Assembly: GCA_049322915.1 (NCBI GenBank)
Contig: JBMOPW010000014.1
Location: forward strand, 280,973 to 344,972
Length of the DNA stretch: 64,000 bases
Origin: Candidatus Zhuqueibacterota bacterium
GTDB lineage: Bacteria; Zhuqueibacterota; Zhuqueibacteria; Thermofontimicrobiales; Thermofontimicrobiaceae
Direction of reading: 5' to 3'
The translations under genes were made by a program, and so were the position numbers. The first letter of the stretch is position 1. Every line of letters begins with the position of its first letter. This document shows positions 17,900 through 28,334 of the stretch, one piece after another. The notes under the pieces are model-generated. The model saw only the letters and a program-made list of their open reading frames with translations, ran no database searches and was not told where the DNA came from.

Positions 17900-20656
17900 A
17901 TGAGAAATACTTCAATTTTATGTTTGGGAATTCTGCTATTTTTCAGCGTTGCTGCGTTGCAGGCATCTGTGGAAGTGACGCTGCCGGATACCTCCTATTT
18001 TCCCGGAGACACGCTGCGCGTGCCGGTTCGCGTCTCTGACCTGACCGGGTTGGAGATTTACTCCTATCAGTTCATGCTGCATTACGATCCGGCCGTGGTT
18101 CAAATGCTGGGCGTGGATTCGACCGGGAGCCTCACCCAGGCATGGGGCAGCGCGGTCATGAATCTGTCATCGCCGGGGACTGTAACGCTCGGGAATTACG
18201 GCACCTCCGTTCTCAGCGGCGCCGGGGTTCTGATGTATCTGGAATTCGCTTTGATCGGCCAGTCCGATGATTCGACCCAATTGGATGTTCAGAACTTTGA
18301 ATTCAACGATGCAAATCCGGCCGCGGTCGTCACGGACGGATCGATTAAAATTCTGTATGAACCGGTCGTGGTCACGTTCAATGTCAATATTCCCGAAAAT
18401 ATGGAATTCTTCATCGATGGCGTCAGACACAATTTTCCATTTGAAACAGAATGGGGCGCCGGTTCGGTTCATACAATTTCAACAACATCGCCGCAACAGA
18501 TCAGTGCAAACACCCGCGCTGTATTTGAACGCTGGAGCGATGGCGGGGCCATGAGTCACACAGTTTCGGTGACCGAAAATACGCAATTCACGCTGTACAT
18601 GGATAAGCAATACCTGCTGGCAGTGAGTTCGCAGTACGGCGTCATCCAGGGCCAGGGCTGGTATAGCGCCGGCGAAAGCGCCACGTTCTCGGTGGACTCG
18701 GTGGTTGTCCAGGACAATGGTACGCGACAGAGATTCACCGGCTGGAATGGCGTGGGGACTGGTTCATACACCGGCGCGGAACGGACGAACACCATCGTCA
18801 TCACAGCGCCAGTCACCGAAACAGCAACGTGGAAGACGCAATATTTTGTCAGCGTCAAGTCCGCGCACGGAACGCCTGTGGGAGAGGGCTGGTACGATGG
18901 CGGTACCTCCGCGTCCATCAGCATCGATTCGCTGGTGAGCGGCGCGCCGGGAACGCGGTATCTTTTCGAAAGCTGGACTGGCAGCGGCGCGGGTAGTTAC
19001 AGCGGCAAAGATCGATTGGCTCAGTTCACCGTTTCCGGGCCAATCATCGAAAAAGCATTTTGGCAAACACAATTCCATTTCTCCTTGAACTCTGACCCGG
19101 CGGATCTGGTCATTTTTAAAAACGCCGGCTGGTATAATAAAAATACTGTGGTCAAAGGCGATGTCGCGCCGGAATTCGCTGGCACAGCCGATACAACCTA
19201 TCGATTTCAGACGTGGACGCTCGACGGCCAGGCAGTTTCTGTCAATCCCGTCGAAACCATGATGGACACTTCCCATGTCGCGGTTGCGGCCTACGGCATC
19301 GATAGCGTTCGGGTGAAAATTGTCACCGAGGTTGCGGACGATATCGTCATCTCCCTGGACGGTGTGAGCGAGCCTCTTCCGTACGAGGCGTTCTGGCGCT
19401 ACCAATCCGACCATGTCGTGAGCGTCGCGGAAGTCCAATTTGCCAGCGACTCGACCGCACGTTACGCGTTTGCATCGTGGAGCAATGGCGGCGCGCGGGA
19501 ACAGACGCTGAGAGCGACGGCAGCGCAGGTCCTCGAACTGAATGTGACGACAGAATTTCACCTGGCTGTGGGGACAAATCCGGCCGGTCTGATTGAGTTT
19601 CAGGAAAGCGGCTGGTATCTGCCGGGCGCGTCTGTTGCGGTGCAGCCGGCGCCGCCTGTGGTTGTGGCTGGTCAGGATACATTTTTCTTCAAGGGCTGGC
19701 AAATCGACGGAGCGCCGCGCGAAGGCAATCCTGTTTCCGTCCTCATGGACGAGCCGCACGAGGTGGTGGCGATCTATGCCAATGTGTATTCGATTATTGG
19801 AATGGTCAGGAATACCCGGCAGACTTCGCTGAATGGCGCCGTGGTGATTTTATCCGGCGACAAAACGGATACGCTGGTGACGGATGATTCCGGCGAATTT
19901 TTCTTCAGCGATCTGGCGCCAGGGGATTACCGCGTGACGCCCCGACTGGAGGGCTTTTCATTCGAGCCGGAATTTCGCGAGTACACCTCCCTGAACCAGA
20001 TGCAACTGCACCAGGATTTTCTCGGGACTGACATTCAGATGCCGGTTGTTGCGTTATTGGCTCCCACCGGCGGAGAGCAATTTCAGGGCGCGACCGAGGA
20101 TACGATCCATTGGTCGGTGAGCGACAATGGCGGCATCGATTCGGTTTTCATCGAATTCAGCTCCAACAACGGCGGCCTCTGGCAACTGCTCGCTGCGTTC
20201 AATGGCGCGACAGTGGAGACAATTGCATGGAGCATCCCGGACATCAACAGCACGACCTGTAAAATCAGGGTGCGGGCGATTGATTTCGACGGCAATGTGG
20301 CGGTCGATGCCTGCGATAGTCCGTTTACGATTATCGGGAATTCCGGGATCCAGGCCGATCCCGAGCCTCAAATTCCCGGCGAATTTCATGTCGCACAAAA
20401 CTATCCCAATCCGTTCAACAGCGCGACTGTCATTCCCATTCAACTTCCGGAGAAAAGTCTGGTGGCCATTCGGATATACAATCTGGTCGGCCAGGAGATC
20501 TGTTTGCTGCTGAACCAGGAACTGCCGGCCGGACATCATCGCATCCACTGGGAAGCGAAAAATACATCGTTGGCAGAAATGGGTTCCGGCATTTATTTTT
20601 ACCGGGTCGAAGCAATGGGCCGGGTATTCACCGGGCGGCTGGTTTATCTCCGCTGA
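17900..20656 (+). CDS. Paralog: cohesin + InlB-B-like repeats + carboxypeptidase-regulatory-like domain + Ig + CTD
   Basis: Same architecture as 15438-17876, plus a PTGGE...WQLL Ig domain; QNYPNPFN. Confidence 0.75.
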   Translation: MRNTSILCLGILLFFSVAALQASVEVTLPDTSYFPGDTLRVPVRVSDLTGLEIYSYQFMLHYDPAVVQMLGVDSTGSLTQAWGSAVMNLSSPGTVTLGNYGTSVLSGAGVLMYLEFALIGQSDDSTQLDVQNFEFNDANPAAVVTDGSIKILYEPVVVTFNVNIPENMEFFIDGVRHNFPFETEWGAGSVHTISTTSPQQISANTRAVFERWSDGGAMSHTVSVTENTQFTLYMDKQYLLAVSSQYGVIQGQGWYSAGESATFSVDSVVVQDNGTRQRFTGWNGVGTGSYTGAERTNTIVITAPVTETATWKTQYFVSVKSAHGTPVGEGWYDGGTSASISIDSLVSGAPGTRYLFESWTGSGAGSYSGKDRLAQFTVSGPIIEKAFWQTQFHFSLNSDPADLVIFKNAGWYNKNTVVKGDVAPEFAGTADTTYRFQTWTLDGQAVSVNPVETMMDTSHVAVAAYGIDSVRVKIVTEVADDIVISLDGVSEPLPYEAFWRYQSDHVVSVAEVQFASDSTARYAFASWSNGGAREQTLRATAAQVLELNVTTEFHLAVGTNPAGLIEFQESGWYLPGASVAVQPAPPVVVAGQDTFFFKGWQIDGAPREGNPVSVLMDEPHEVVAIYANVYSIIGMVRNTRQTSLNGAVVILSGDKTDTLVTDDSGEFFFSDLAPGDYRVTPRLEGFSFEPEFREYTSLNQMQLHQDFLGTDIQMPVVALLAPTGGEQFQGATEDTIHWSVSDNGGIDSVFIEFSSNNGGLWQLLAAFNGATVETIAWSIPDINSTTCKIRVRAIDFDGNVAVDACDSPFTIIGNSGIQADPEPQIPGEFHVAQNYPNPFNSATVIPIQLPEKSLVAIRIYNLVGQEICLLLNQELPAGHHRIHWEAKNTSLAEMGSGIYFYRVEAMGRVFTGRLVYLR

Positions 20657-20684
20657 AATCAATAAAAATTTTTGTTTTTGAATC

Positions 20685-20720
20685 AGGCCAGCGCTGTAAC
20701 AGGCGTTGGCCTTTTTTATT
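20685..20720 (+). terminator. Intrinsic terminator
   Basis: AGGCCAGCGC-loop-GCGTTGGCCT followed by TTTTTT. Confidence 0.8.
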
Positions 20721-20798
20721 ATTGCTGCAATTGGTCTCCTGTTCATATCTTGAATTGCGTAAGCAAAATCTTCACACCGAGAAATTTGAATTTTTCCC

Positions 20799-20826
20799 TT
20801 GACTTTTGGCAAAATATTTATATTTT
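20799..20826 (+). promoter_or_regulatory. Putative sigma70 promoter for the gene at 21000
   Basis: TTGACT (20799-20804), 16-nt spacer, TATTTT, in an AT-rich gap just after a terminator. Confidence 0.35.
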
Positions 20827-20999
20827 ATTTGTTGTATTTCTTACATTTCTATCTTACCTCAAAAATTTAATGCCAACACACATGATCTACATGTCAAACG
20901 TACTTCAAAAAATCTAATAATTCAAAGGAGGTGGTATATCCAATTGTTATATTAAACCGTAGGAATTAATTAACTCATTAATCAATTAAGGGGTAACGT

Positions 21000-23900
21000 A
21001 TGGAAAGAAAGGTATTGGCATGTTTGCTGGTGATTGCGGTGCTTCTCATTGGAGCTTTCGCTGCCAGCGCACAAACAGTAAATGTTACGATTCCCAATAG
21101 TGGCGGAGCAACCGGGGCAAGCATTTCCATCCCAATCATGGTGAGTGATGTGAGCGGTCTCGATATATTTTCCTATAATCTCACACTCACATTCGACCAG
21201 ACCGTGCTGGATGCAACTGGTGTGACCGTTGTTGGTGCATTGACCGAAGGTTGGGGTGCTCCGACACTATCTGATACGGATGGACAAATCGTGATAGCCG
21301 GCGCCGGCGCCACTGCATTGACCGGGACTGGCGCGCTCGTGTACATCAATTTCACTGTTCTGGGAGGGATTGGCTCGCATTGCGATCTGACCTTCACCGA
21401 AATGACGTTCAATGAAGGCACACCTGCAGCCACCGCGACCGGCGGCACGTTTGCTGTGGCAAAACTGTTTGAAGACTGGAATATCGCAACTACAGGCGCA
21501 CATCGCGGAGTTGGCGTCTGTCCGTTGAGTGGACGCGTCTATATCAGCAACACAACAAACCGGCGAATTAACTATTTTAATGCAGGGAACGAAACCGGCA
21601 CGCCGGATGGCTATATTCTCAATACAGGCTGGGATGCCTGGTTAGGCCCCTATGGTCTTGACGTCGCTGATGACGGAATGGTATACGTAACGACCTATGG
21701 TGCTACCAAATCCATATTCAGAATTACCCCGACCGGGGAAGTCACAAACATAAAAACCGTCGGTGAGAATATGCGCGCTCTCACTGTATATGGCGGTGGT
21801 GTGAATACCGTTATTTACACGCTGGAGAACAGCGGCAAGGTTTTCAAACTAACCACAGACGGAACCACGTGGACGATGACAACGCTGTTCACAATCGGAA
21901 ATACTGAAAATGCGTCCATCGCCGTCAGCCCGGATGGCAACACAATTTACACCAATGGTTACGGTACCGCCATCCATAAATGGGATGCCGCCGGCAATCC
22001 GGACGCTGCTTTCAATCAATCTCCGGCCAGTTGTATTGCGGTTCGCCTGAGCGAAGATGGTAGCCGGTTGTTCGCGATGTACAATGCGGTCGTCGGTGGA
22101 AACAGCAGCTCGTATCTCGGCGAACTGGATCCGGCCACTGGCGCCATGATCGAATCCATTATTGTCGGACCATTGGGCGTTTCACCGACTTACAATGTCG
22201 TCAATGCGTTTGACATTCTGGATGATCGGGATTTCTTCTGGGCATCCGCCGGTCAATATCGTGGTAAAGCCCATGACGCATCGGTGACAGTCCCCAATCG
22301 GCCTCCGTACGCCGTTGCCGGGACGGATCAGTTGGTGGAAATTTACACCGAGGTGACGCTCAACGGTTCCGGTTCAGTGGACATCGATCTGGATCCAATC
22401 ACCTATGCCTGGACTCAGCTCTCCGGTCCGACTGCCACGCTCTCTGATCCAACAGCCGCAAGTCCTACGTTTACACCCAATGCAACGGGACAATATGTCT
22501 TCCAGCTGGTGGTGAACGATGGCGCTCTGGACAGCCCTGCCGATCAGGTGACCATCACTGTTTTTGAAAAAGATTTCAGTGCGAATTTTAATGTGGATGG
22601 CGATCGCAATCGGGATCTTCCCAACTGGGGAATTTTCTCGGTGACGAGCCGCTATTCAACGCCGGAATGGGATTCTACCGGCGGCGTCGGCGGTAGCGGC
22701 GCGCTGCGCGTTCGCGATGGCGGCTGGGGATTTGCCATTGAGCGAAAACTCAATGCGACCCCGGGGACAAATTTTAAGCTGACCGCGGATGTTCTCGTTC
22801 ATGGGACCGATGTTCCGCTCTATTTCCGCGTCTCCGGCCTCACCGTGGAAAATGTCGATGTGCAGATTCAAACCAATAATACGAATTTCGGCTCCATCGA
22901 ATTGACTGGCATCACTGTCAATGGAACCGGCTATCTCCAGATTCTGGGTGAAACCGCCGGCGGCGCTGATACGGTGTGGGTCGATAATATCGTATTCGAC
23001 GACGACGCGACCCTGAATACCTATACCCTGTCCGGCAAGGTGACGCTGAGCGATCTGCCGACTGATATGTCCGGTGCAAATGTCCTGGTCGTTCAAGCCG
23101 AAAAAAGCGCAGTCACAGACACTCTGGGTAATTACTCCGTCAATGGTTTAATTGCCGGCACCTATGATGTAAAATTCAGCAAATTGAATTATAAAGATTT
23201 GGTCCAGGAAAATGTCGAAATGCTGGGCGATGTTATACTGGATGTGACGCTGCAACGCAATCTACCGCCGGTGGCCGATGCCGGGGTGGATAACCTCAGC
23301 GCACAGGCCGCCACCTATGTCGTTCTGGATGGCTCCGGTTCTTCGGACCCGGATAATGATTCCCTCACCTACAAATGGACTTCAGCGGATCCTTCGGTGA
23401 TTATGGTGACGTCATTGACGAATCCTATCGCCGGATTCCGTCCTTCGGAGATCAATGACTACAAATTCTACCTGGTCGTGAACGATGGCACCGAAGACAG
23501 CGCAAAAGACAGCGTGTTGGTCTCCGTCACCATGGAAGCTCCGGCGCCGCTGGGCTATGAATTTGTCGATAAATTTGCCTACGTCTACGCCGCACTCGGC
23601 GTCGCCTGCGACCCGGAAGGGAAAATCTGGGTTGGTTGTTATAGCTACGGCTCTGAGAAAAACCTGGCCGTCTGGAACGCGGATGGCACGCGACCTGACT
23701 GGCAGCCAGTCATGTCCGGGCTCGTTGGCGATCAGACTGTCACGACCGCCGGGAATTGCTACTGCGTGGAAGTTGATTTCGATGGCAATATCTATTTCAG
23801 CAATGCCACAGAACATGTCGTCATGAAATTCGACTACAAAGATGGCACGCCTCTCGGCGGTGTTCGGCTTGCAGCCGGCAGCCCCATCATGAGCGTCGAT

Positions 23901-25343
23901 CAGAATGGCTATTTGTTCGTGGGCACAGTCACCGGCGATACGGTGTGGGTGTATGACAAAGATTTCAACTTCGTCAGCAAGTCCTATGTTACGTATATCG
24001 CCCGCGACATCGAAATTTCACCGGATGGCACTGTCCTTCTTGTGGGACAATTCAGCGGAACCGTGACCCGTTTCGAAGGAACTCCGGCGACCGGTTACGT
24101 GGCGATCGATGATCTTCCCGGCCCATTCGCTTCATCCGATGGACTGGGCGCGACCACGAATATCAGCTACGACAAGTACGGCGCTCTCTGGGTGACCGAA
24201 GAACATACCACCTGGCCGCAGAAAGATTTCATTCATATCTATACGCCGGATCTGGTGACTCGCGAGACATTGCTCCCGAACGAAGCTGCTCCCTGGGATA
24301 ACCCGCGCGGAACAACGTTCGACCATACGCTGGGCGATTCTCTCTTTTACCAGGTTGACTTTGGCTCAAACAATCCGTGGATTCAGCGATGGGCAATTTC
24401 CGGCACCAGTCTGCCGCCTACCTACTATTCCATTCCTGAAGTGGCAGCAGTCGATACCAATGGTTATCCGCTTCTGTCGGATAAAAAAGTCCGCGTCAAA
24501 GGTATCATCACTGTCGCCGGAGAATTCGGCGTGACCGGCCCGGCCTACATTCAGGACGCCATGGATTCCATTGGCGTTGCCATTTATGACGGCTCAAAGG
24601 TGCTGATCGATTCAGTGAAAATCGGTGATGAAGTTGTCGTCTCCGGGTATGTCGATTTTTATAACGGCCTCACGGAAATCAGTCCGGTGGATGAGTTCAC
24701 CATTCTCTCGTCCGGCAATATCGTCGAACCGATGCTGATTACCTGCGCTGATCTGGGTGATGTAGTCGGCGAGCGCTTCCAGTCTGCGCTGGTCAAAATC
24801 GAAAATGTGCACACTGACGAAACGACGTTCCCGAGCAATGCCAACATCCTTTTCTCCGACAAAACCGGCATCGCCACGATGCGCATTGATAAAGACACCG
24901 ATATTCCCGGCGTTGCTGTACAGGCAGATTCGTTCGACGTGGTCGGAGTGATCACGCAATTCGATTCGCAGTCACCCTACTGGGGCGGCTACCAGATTAT
25001 GCCTCGCAGCAAAGGCGATATTCCCAAAGCGACTGGTGTGAACGAGAATGCGGATGGTCTGCCCAGGATATTTGCGCTGTTCCAGAACTATCCGAACCCG
25101 TTCAACCCGGTGACCACAATCAAGTATGATCTGCCAAAAGATTGTCTCGTTGAAATTCAGATTTTCAACGTATTGGGACAAAAGGTGAGAACCCTCGTTT
25201 CCGCACCGCAACAGGCAGGGCATCAACTGATTTTGTGGAATGGCTTGAATGATTCCGGTGTCTCCGTTGCCACCGGCACCTATATTTACAAAATCAAGGC
25301 CGCCGATTTTGTTGAGACAAAACGAATGACGTTGATTAAGTAG
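21000..25343 (+). CDS. Large secreted cohesin + beta-propeller + PKD + CBM-like + OB-fold + CTD protein
   Basis: Signal peptide; N-terminal cohesin; NHL-like repeats; two PKD motifs (LNGSGSVDID, LDGSGSSDPD); GDEVVVSGYVDFYNGLTEI OB-fold motif; QNYPNPFNP. Confidence 0.75.
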   Translation: MERKVLACLLVIAVLLIGAFAASAQTVNVTIPNSGGATGASISIPIMVSDVSGLDIFSYNLTLTFDQTVLDATGVTVVGALTEGWGAPTLSDTDGQIVIAGAGATALTGTGALVYINFTVLGGIGSHCDLTFTEMTFNEGTPAATATGGTFAVAKLFEDWNIATTGAHRGVGVCPLSGRVYISNTTNRRINYFNAGNETGTPDGYILNTGWDAWLGPYGLDVADDGMVYVTTYGATKSIFRITPTGEVTNIKTVGENMRALTVYGGGVNTVIYTLENSGKVFKLTTDGTTWTMTTLFTIGNTENASIAVSPDGNTIYTNGYGTAIHKWDAAGNPDAAFNQSPASCIAVRLSEDGSRLFAMYNAVVGGNSSSYLGELDPATGAMIESIIVGPLGVSPTYNVVNAFDILDDRDFFWASAGQYRGKAHDASVTVPNRPPYAVAGTDQLVEIYTEVTLNGSGSVDIDLDPITYAWTQLSGPTATLSDPTAASPTFTPNATGQYVFQLVVNDGALDSPADQVTITVFEKDFSANFNVDGDRNRDLPNWGIFSVTSRYSTPEWDSTGGVGGSGALRVRDGGWGFAIERKLNATPGTNFKLTADVLVHGTDVPLYFRVSGLTVENVDVQIQTNNTNFGSIELTGITVNGTGYLQILGETAGGADTVWVDNIVFDDDATLNTYTLSGKVTLSDLPTDMSGANVLVVQAEKSAVTDTLGNYSVNGLIAGTYDVKFSKLNYKDLVQENVEMLGDVILDVTLQRNLPPVADAGVDNLSAQAATYVVLDGSGSSDPDNDSLTYKWTSADPSVIMVTSLTNPIAGFRPSEINDYKFYLVVNDGTEDSAKDSVLVSVTMEAPAPLGYEFVDKFAYVYAALGVACDPEGKIWVGCYSYGSEKNLAVWNADGTRPDWQPVMSGLVGDQTVTTAGNCYCVEVDFDGNIYFSNATEHVVMKFDYKDGTPLGGVRLAAGSPIMSVDQNGYLFVGTVTGDTVWVYDKDFNFVSKSYVTYIARDIEISPDGTVLLVGQFSGTVTRFEGTPATGYVAIDDLPGPFASSDGLGATTNISYDKYGALWVTEEHTTWPQKDFIHIYTPDLVTRETLLPNEAAPWDNPRGTTFDHTLGDSLFYQVDFGSNNPWIQRWAISGTSLPPTYYSIPEVAAVDTNGYPLLSDKKVRVKGIITVAGEFGVTGPAYIQDAMDSIGVAIYDGSKVLIDSVKIGDEVVVSGYVDFYNGLTEISPVDEFTILSSGNIVEPMLITCADLGDVVGERFQSALVKIENVHTDETTFPSNANILFSDKTGIATMRIDKDTDIPGVAVQADSFDVVGVITQFDSQSPYWGGYQIMPRSKGDIPKATGVNENADGLPRIFALFQNYPNPFNPVTTIKYDLPKDCLVEIQIFNVLGQKVRTLVSAPQQAGHQLILWNGLNDSGVSVATGTYIYKIKAADFVETKRMTLIK

Positions 25344-25365
25344 TAATTACGTTTTAAATTTTTCC

Positions 25366-25412
25366 ACACTGCCCTTCGCCAGTGATCTGTCGGGGGGCAG
25401 TGTTCACTTATT
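25366..25412 (+). terminator. Probable terminator hairpin
   Basis: ACACTGCCCTTCG...CGGGGGGCAGTGT directly after the stop codon. Confidence 0.6.
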
Positions 25413-25438
25413 TGACCAATTGAAAATGGACGAATCAC

Positions 25439-27277
25439 ATGTGGAAAAAAAATTGGAAGACCGGAATTACCAGTCTGATATTTTTTCTTCTTTTCTTGCC
25501 GCAGTTTGTTTTTAGCCAGGTATGGACGGAAACTTCGATCGACTCATTCAAAACCGGGCAGGGTATCGATTCGCTGAATGTCGCTTTCATCACCGGCGAC
25601 ACAGACGATGGCTCCATTATTCTCGCTCCGGCATCAGAGAATTTTGCGGCTAGAAAAAAGGCGTGGGATAGCGACGATAAAGCCAATAACAACGCCAACC
25701 TCGTGCTGGATGGCAGCCGGAAGAGCCCTAGTTTCTGGGCGTCCTACACGCCCTTTTGTGTGGGCATTTCCATCACCATCGATCTGGAAGCGACTCGCAC
25801 TGTCGAACGGGTGAATATCCTGGGCAGCGACTTCAATCCGCAAATGCTGTACATCAAAGGCTACTCCATTTACACAAGTCTCGATGATAACAACTATAGT
25901 CGCGTGGCGCAGAACCTGAGCAATAAACAGTGGGATGTCTACGAGGAGTTCGCGCCTGTCACGGCGCGTTATATTCGCATCACCATTGAGGCCACCGACA
26001 ACCAGAACTGGACGATCATCGGAGAAATTGAAGTCTATGGTTCCGGCTATGCATCTTCCGGCCATTACATTTCCAGGATAAAGGACTTTGGCAATAACGT
26101 CAATTTTGGCAAAGCAATCTGGCAGGCGACTATCCCTTCCGAAACCAAGCTGACGGTTCAATTTCGTTCCGACTCCACTCACATTACCGGCGAAACCTAC
26201 ATCGCTGAAGATACAGTGAAACTCTCCCATCGCCCGGTGATGACGGCGACAGAACGGGTCACCAACAGCGATGGCTCCGTGGTGTTCGCACGAAATATGG
26301 ACTACATCATCGACTACGAAAGCGGGAAAATTCTTCGGACTGTCCAGGGAACCATCATCCCGGGCCAGGAACTGCGGATCAGTTACAAAACGTGGTCTGC
26401 CTGGAGCCCGGCCTCAGAAGCATCGACCGGGGAGCTGTTCAAAACCCTGGAGCCCCGACGCTATTTGCAATATCGGCTGAATTTCCAGACCTTTAGCCTG
26501 GAGACGCCGGCATTCCAACAGATGTCCATTGAGTATTCAGAAAATGCTGTGATGAATCGCGCTGTGGCGACCGTTTCGCCCACGGAAGTGCCCGTGCTGC
26601 GCGAATCGAGAATTACCTATCGCATCGAATTGACCTCCTTCGGTGGGGATTTAGGAATTGACACATTAAAAATTGAAACGCCGGCCTCAGCCAGGTTGCG
26701 GGACATTCGGCTGGATGGCGTTGCTCTGAACTATCGCGATTTGACCGACCCCCTGGTCAGTGAAATCGTCGCCTATTTCCCGAATCGGATCGCTTCATTG
26801 CAGAGCGGCTTGCTGGAAGTGGACTTCAGCATTACGCTGTTCGAAAGCGAGAATTTTTTCCCGGCGACTCTTGTCAGCACGCAAACCCCGGGGAATCCCC
26901 AATTCGTGGAACAGGGGATGGACGGCTGGCGCGTTGTAACGACCGGCATTCCCGAAAGCCCGCTCGTTTCGGTGACTGCTGACCCGAACCCCATGTCGCC
27001 CAATGGCGACAATATCTGCGACGCCACCGAGATCAGTTTCTTCGTGGCCAAAATCGCGGACTCGAGACGGGTGATGATTAAAATATTTAACCTGAACGGC
27101 GACTGCCTGCGCACACTGCACGACGCCTATTCTATGGCCAAAGATTTCCGGGTGAAATGGGACGGCAAAGATGGCTGGGGAAATCTGGTCCAGCCCGGCG
27201 TGTACCTGTATCAGGTGTCCGTCAACACAGACGCCGATGATTATGTAATTACCAAGACAATAACCGTTGTTTATTAA
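25439..27277 (+). CDS. Secreted discoidin (F5/8C)-like protein with type-B-like (gliding motility-associated) CTD
   Basis: ITIDLE...SLDDNNY...VTARYIRI...IGEIEVYG discoidin pattern; C-terminal PNPMSPNGDNICD...WDGKD...PGVYLY. Confidence 0.7.
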   Translation: MWKKNWKTGITSLIFFLLFLPQFVFSQVWTETSIDSFKTGQGIDSLNVAFITGDTDDGSIILAPASENFAARKKAWDSDDKANNNANLVLDGSRKSPSFWASYTPFCVGISITIDLEATRTVERVNILGSDFNPQMLYIKGYSIYTSLDDNNYSRVAQNLSNKQWDVYEEFAPVTARYIRITIEATDNQNWTIIGEIEVYGSGYASSGHYISRIKDFGNNVNFGKAIWQATIPSETKLTVQFRSDSTHITGETYIAEDTVKLSHRPVMTATERVTNSDGSVVFARNMDYIIDYESGKILRTVQGTIIPGQELRISYKTWSAWSPASEASTGELFKTLEPRRYLQYRLNFQTFSLETPAFQQMSIEYSENAVMNRAVATVSPTEVPVLRESRITYRIELTSFGGDLGIDTLKIETPASARLRDIRLDGVALNYRDLTDPLVSEIVAYFPNRIASLQSGLLEVDFSITLFESENFFPATLVSTQTPGNPQFVEQGMDGWRVVTTGIPESPLVSVTADPNPMSPNGDNICDATEISFFVAKIADSRRVMIKIFNLNGDCLRTLHDAYSMAKDFRVKWDGKDGWGNLVQPGVYLYQVSVNTDADDYVITKTITVVY

Positions 27278-27291
27278 TATATCGAGAGAAT

Positions 27292-28263
27292 GTGGTCATG
27301 GCATTTACTAAAAAATATAATCGCGCGATTCTTTCTCTGGTCGTGGCTTTGGCAATTCTGGGGGTGACTGGGAGTTCATGGGCAGGATTCATCGATACCG
27401 GCCAGGGCGCTCGCCCGGTGGCTATGGGTCGCGCCTTCACCGCTGTCTCGGATGATATTCACGCCATGTTCTATAACCCGGCCGGCATGGCCCAGCTCAA
27501 AGGACTTGCTGCGACAACCATGTACGCCCGGCTGTATCCCGGCGTCTCCGATGTCGACCTGAATTACGGATTGCTGGCCGCGGCCGTGCCGCTGAGCTTC
27601 CTGGGCAAAATCGGCGTGGGCGTCACTAATCTGAGCCTGGATATGTACAAAGAGAACATGTTTTACATCAGTTACGGCCGTAGCCTTCCGTTCAATGTGT
27701 CCGTGGGCGGGAGTTTCAAAATGCTGCGCTGGTCCGCCGATGGCGATACCGATCCCATCACCGGCGCCAGGGACAACAACTATGCCTACAATGGATTTTC
27801 CATCGACGCCGGGGTGATGTATCAGGTGCCGACGTCCCTGGTGAGCCGATTTCTGAAAAGCGGCCGGCTCCAATTGGGGATGATGCTGAAAGACGTCAAC
27901 CAGCCCAGCATTGCTGAAAATGGCTCGGACAGCGGCAAGCTGCCCCTGGGCATGGCGTTCGGGGTTGCCTATCTCTCCGAGAAATTGATCCTGGCCGGCG
28001 ATTTCAGCAAGGTTGATGAATTCAGCAAACTGCACGTGGGCGCCGAATACGTGCTGCAGCGATATGCGTTTGGCGCGTGGAAAACCGCCTTTACCGTGCG
28101 CGGCGGCGGCATCCACGTGATGAGCGACGCCGAGGGCGGCGAAGCCGATTTTGGATTTGGCCTCATGGTCCGCGCCCTGCAAATCGATTACGCGTACGTC
28201 TATCCCATGGCGCTCAAAAACGTGGACGGCAGCCACAAGATTTCGTTGATGTTTTCGTTTTAG
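27292..28263 (+). CDS. PorV/UPF0164-like outer-membrane beta-barrel
   Basis: GARPVAMGRAFTAVSDDIHAMFYNPAG signature; terminal IDYAY...HKISLMFSF. Confidence 0.8.
   Translation: MVMAFTKKYNRAILSLVVALAILGVTGSSWAGFIDTGQGARPVAMGRAFTAVSDDIHAMFYNPAGMAQLKGLAATTMYARLYPGVSDVDLNYGLLAAAVPLSFLGKIGVGVTNLSLDMYKENMFYISYGRSLPFNVSVGGSFKMLRWSADGDTDPITGARDNNYAYNGFSIDAGVMYQVPTSLVSRFLKSGRLQLGMMLKDVNQPSIAENGSDSGKLPLGMAFGVAYLSEKLILAGDFSKVDEFSKLHVGAEYVLQRYAFGAWKTAFTVRGGGIHVMSDAEGGEADFGFGLMVRALQIDYAYVYPMALKNVDGSHKISLMFSF
28205..28261 (+). repeat. 57-bp direct repeat, copy 1 (3' end of the PorV-like gene)
   Basis: Matches 29466-29522 at 55 of 57 positions. Confidence 0.95.
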
Positions 28264-28334
28264 GGATAATTACCCAATGCGCATTCACTTCATGCCATTG
28301 AGTCCTGTAATATTATTTCAATGAACGATAAGTT

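Noticed and set aside
9014..25343. Classical cellulosome
   Set aside because: No multi-cohesin scaffoldin and no dockerin-bearing glycoside hydrolase were seen.
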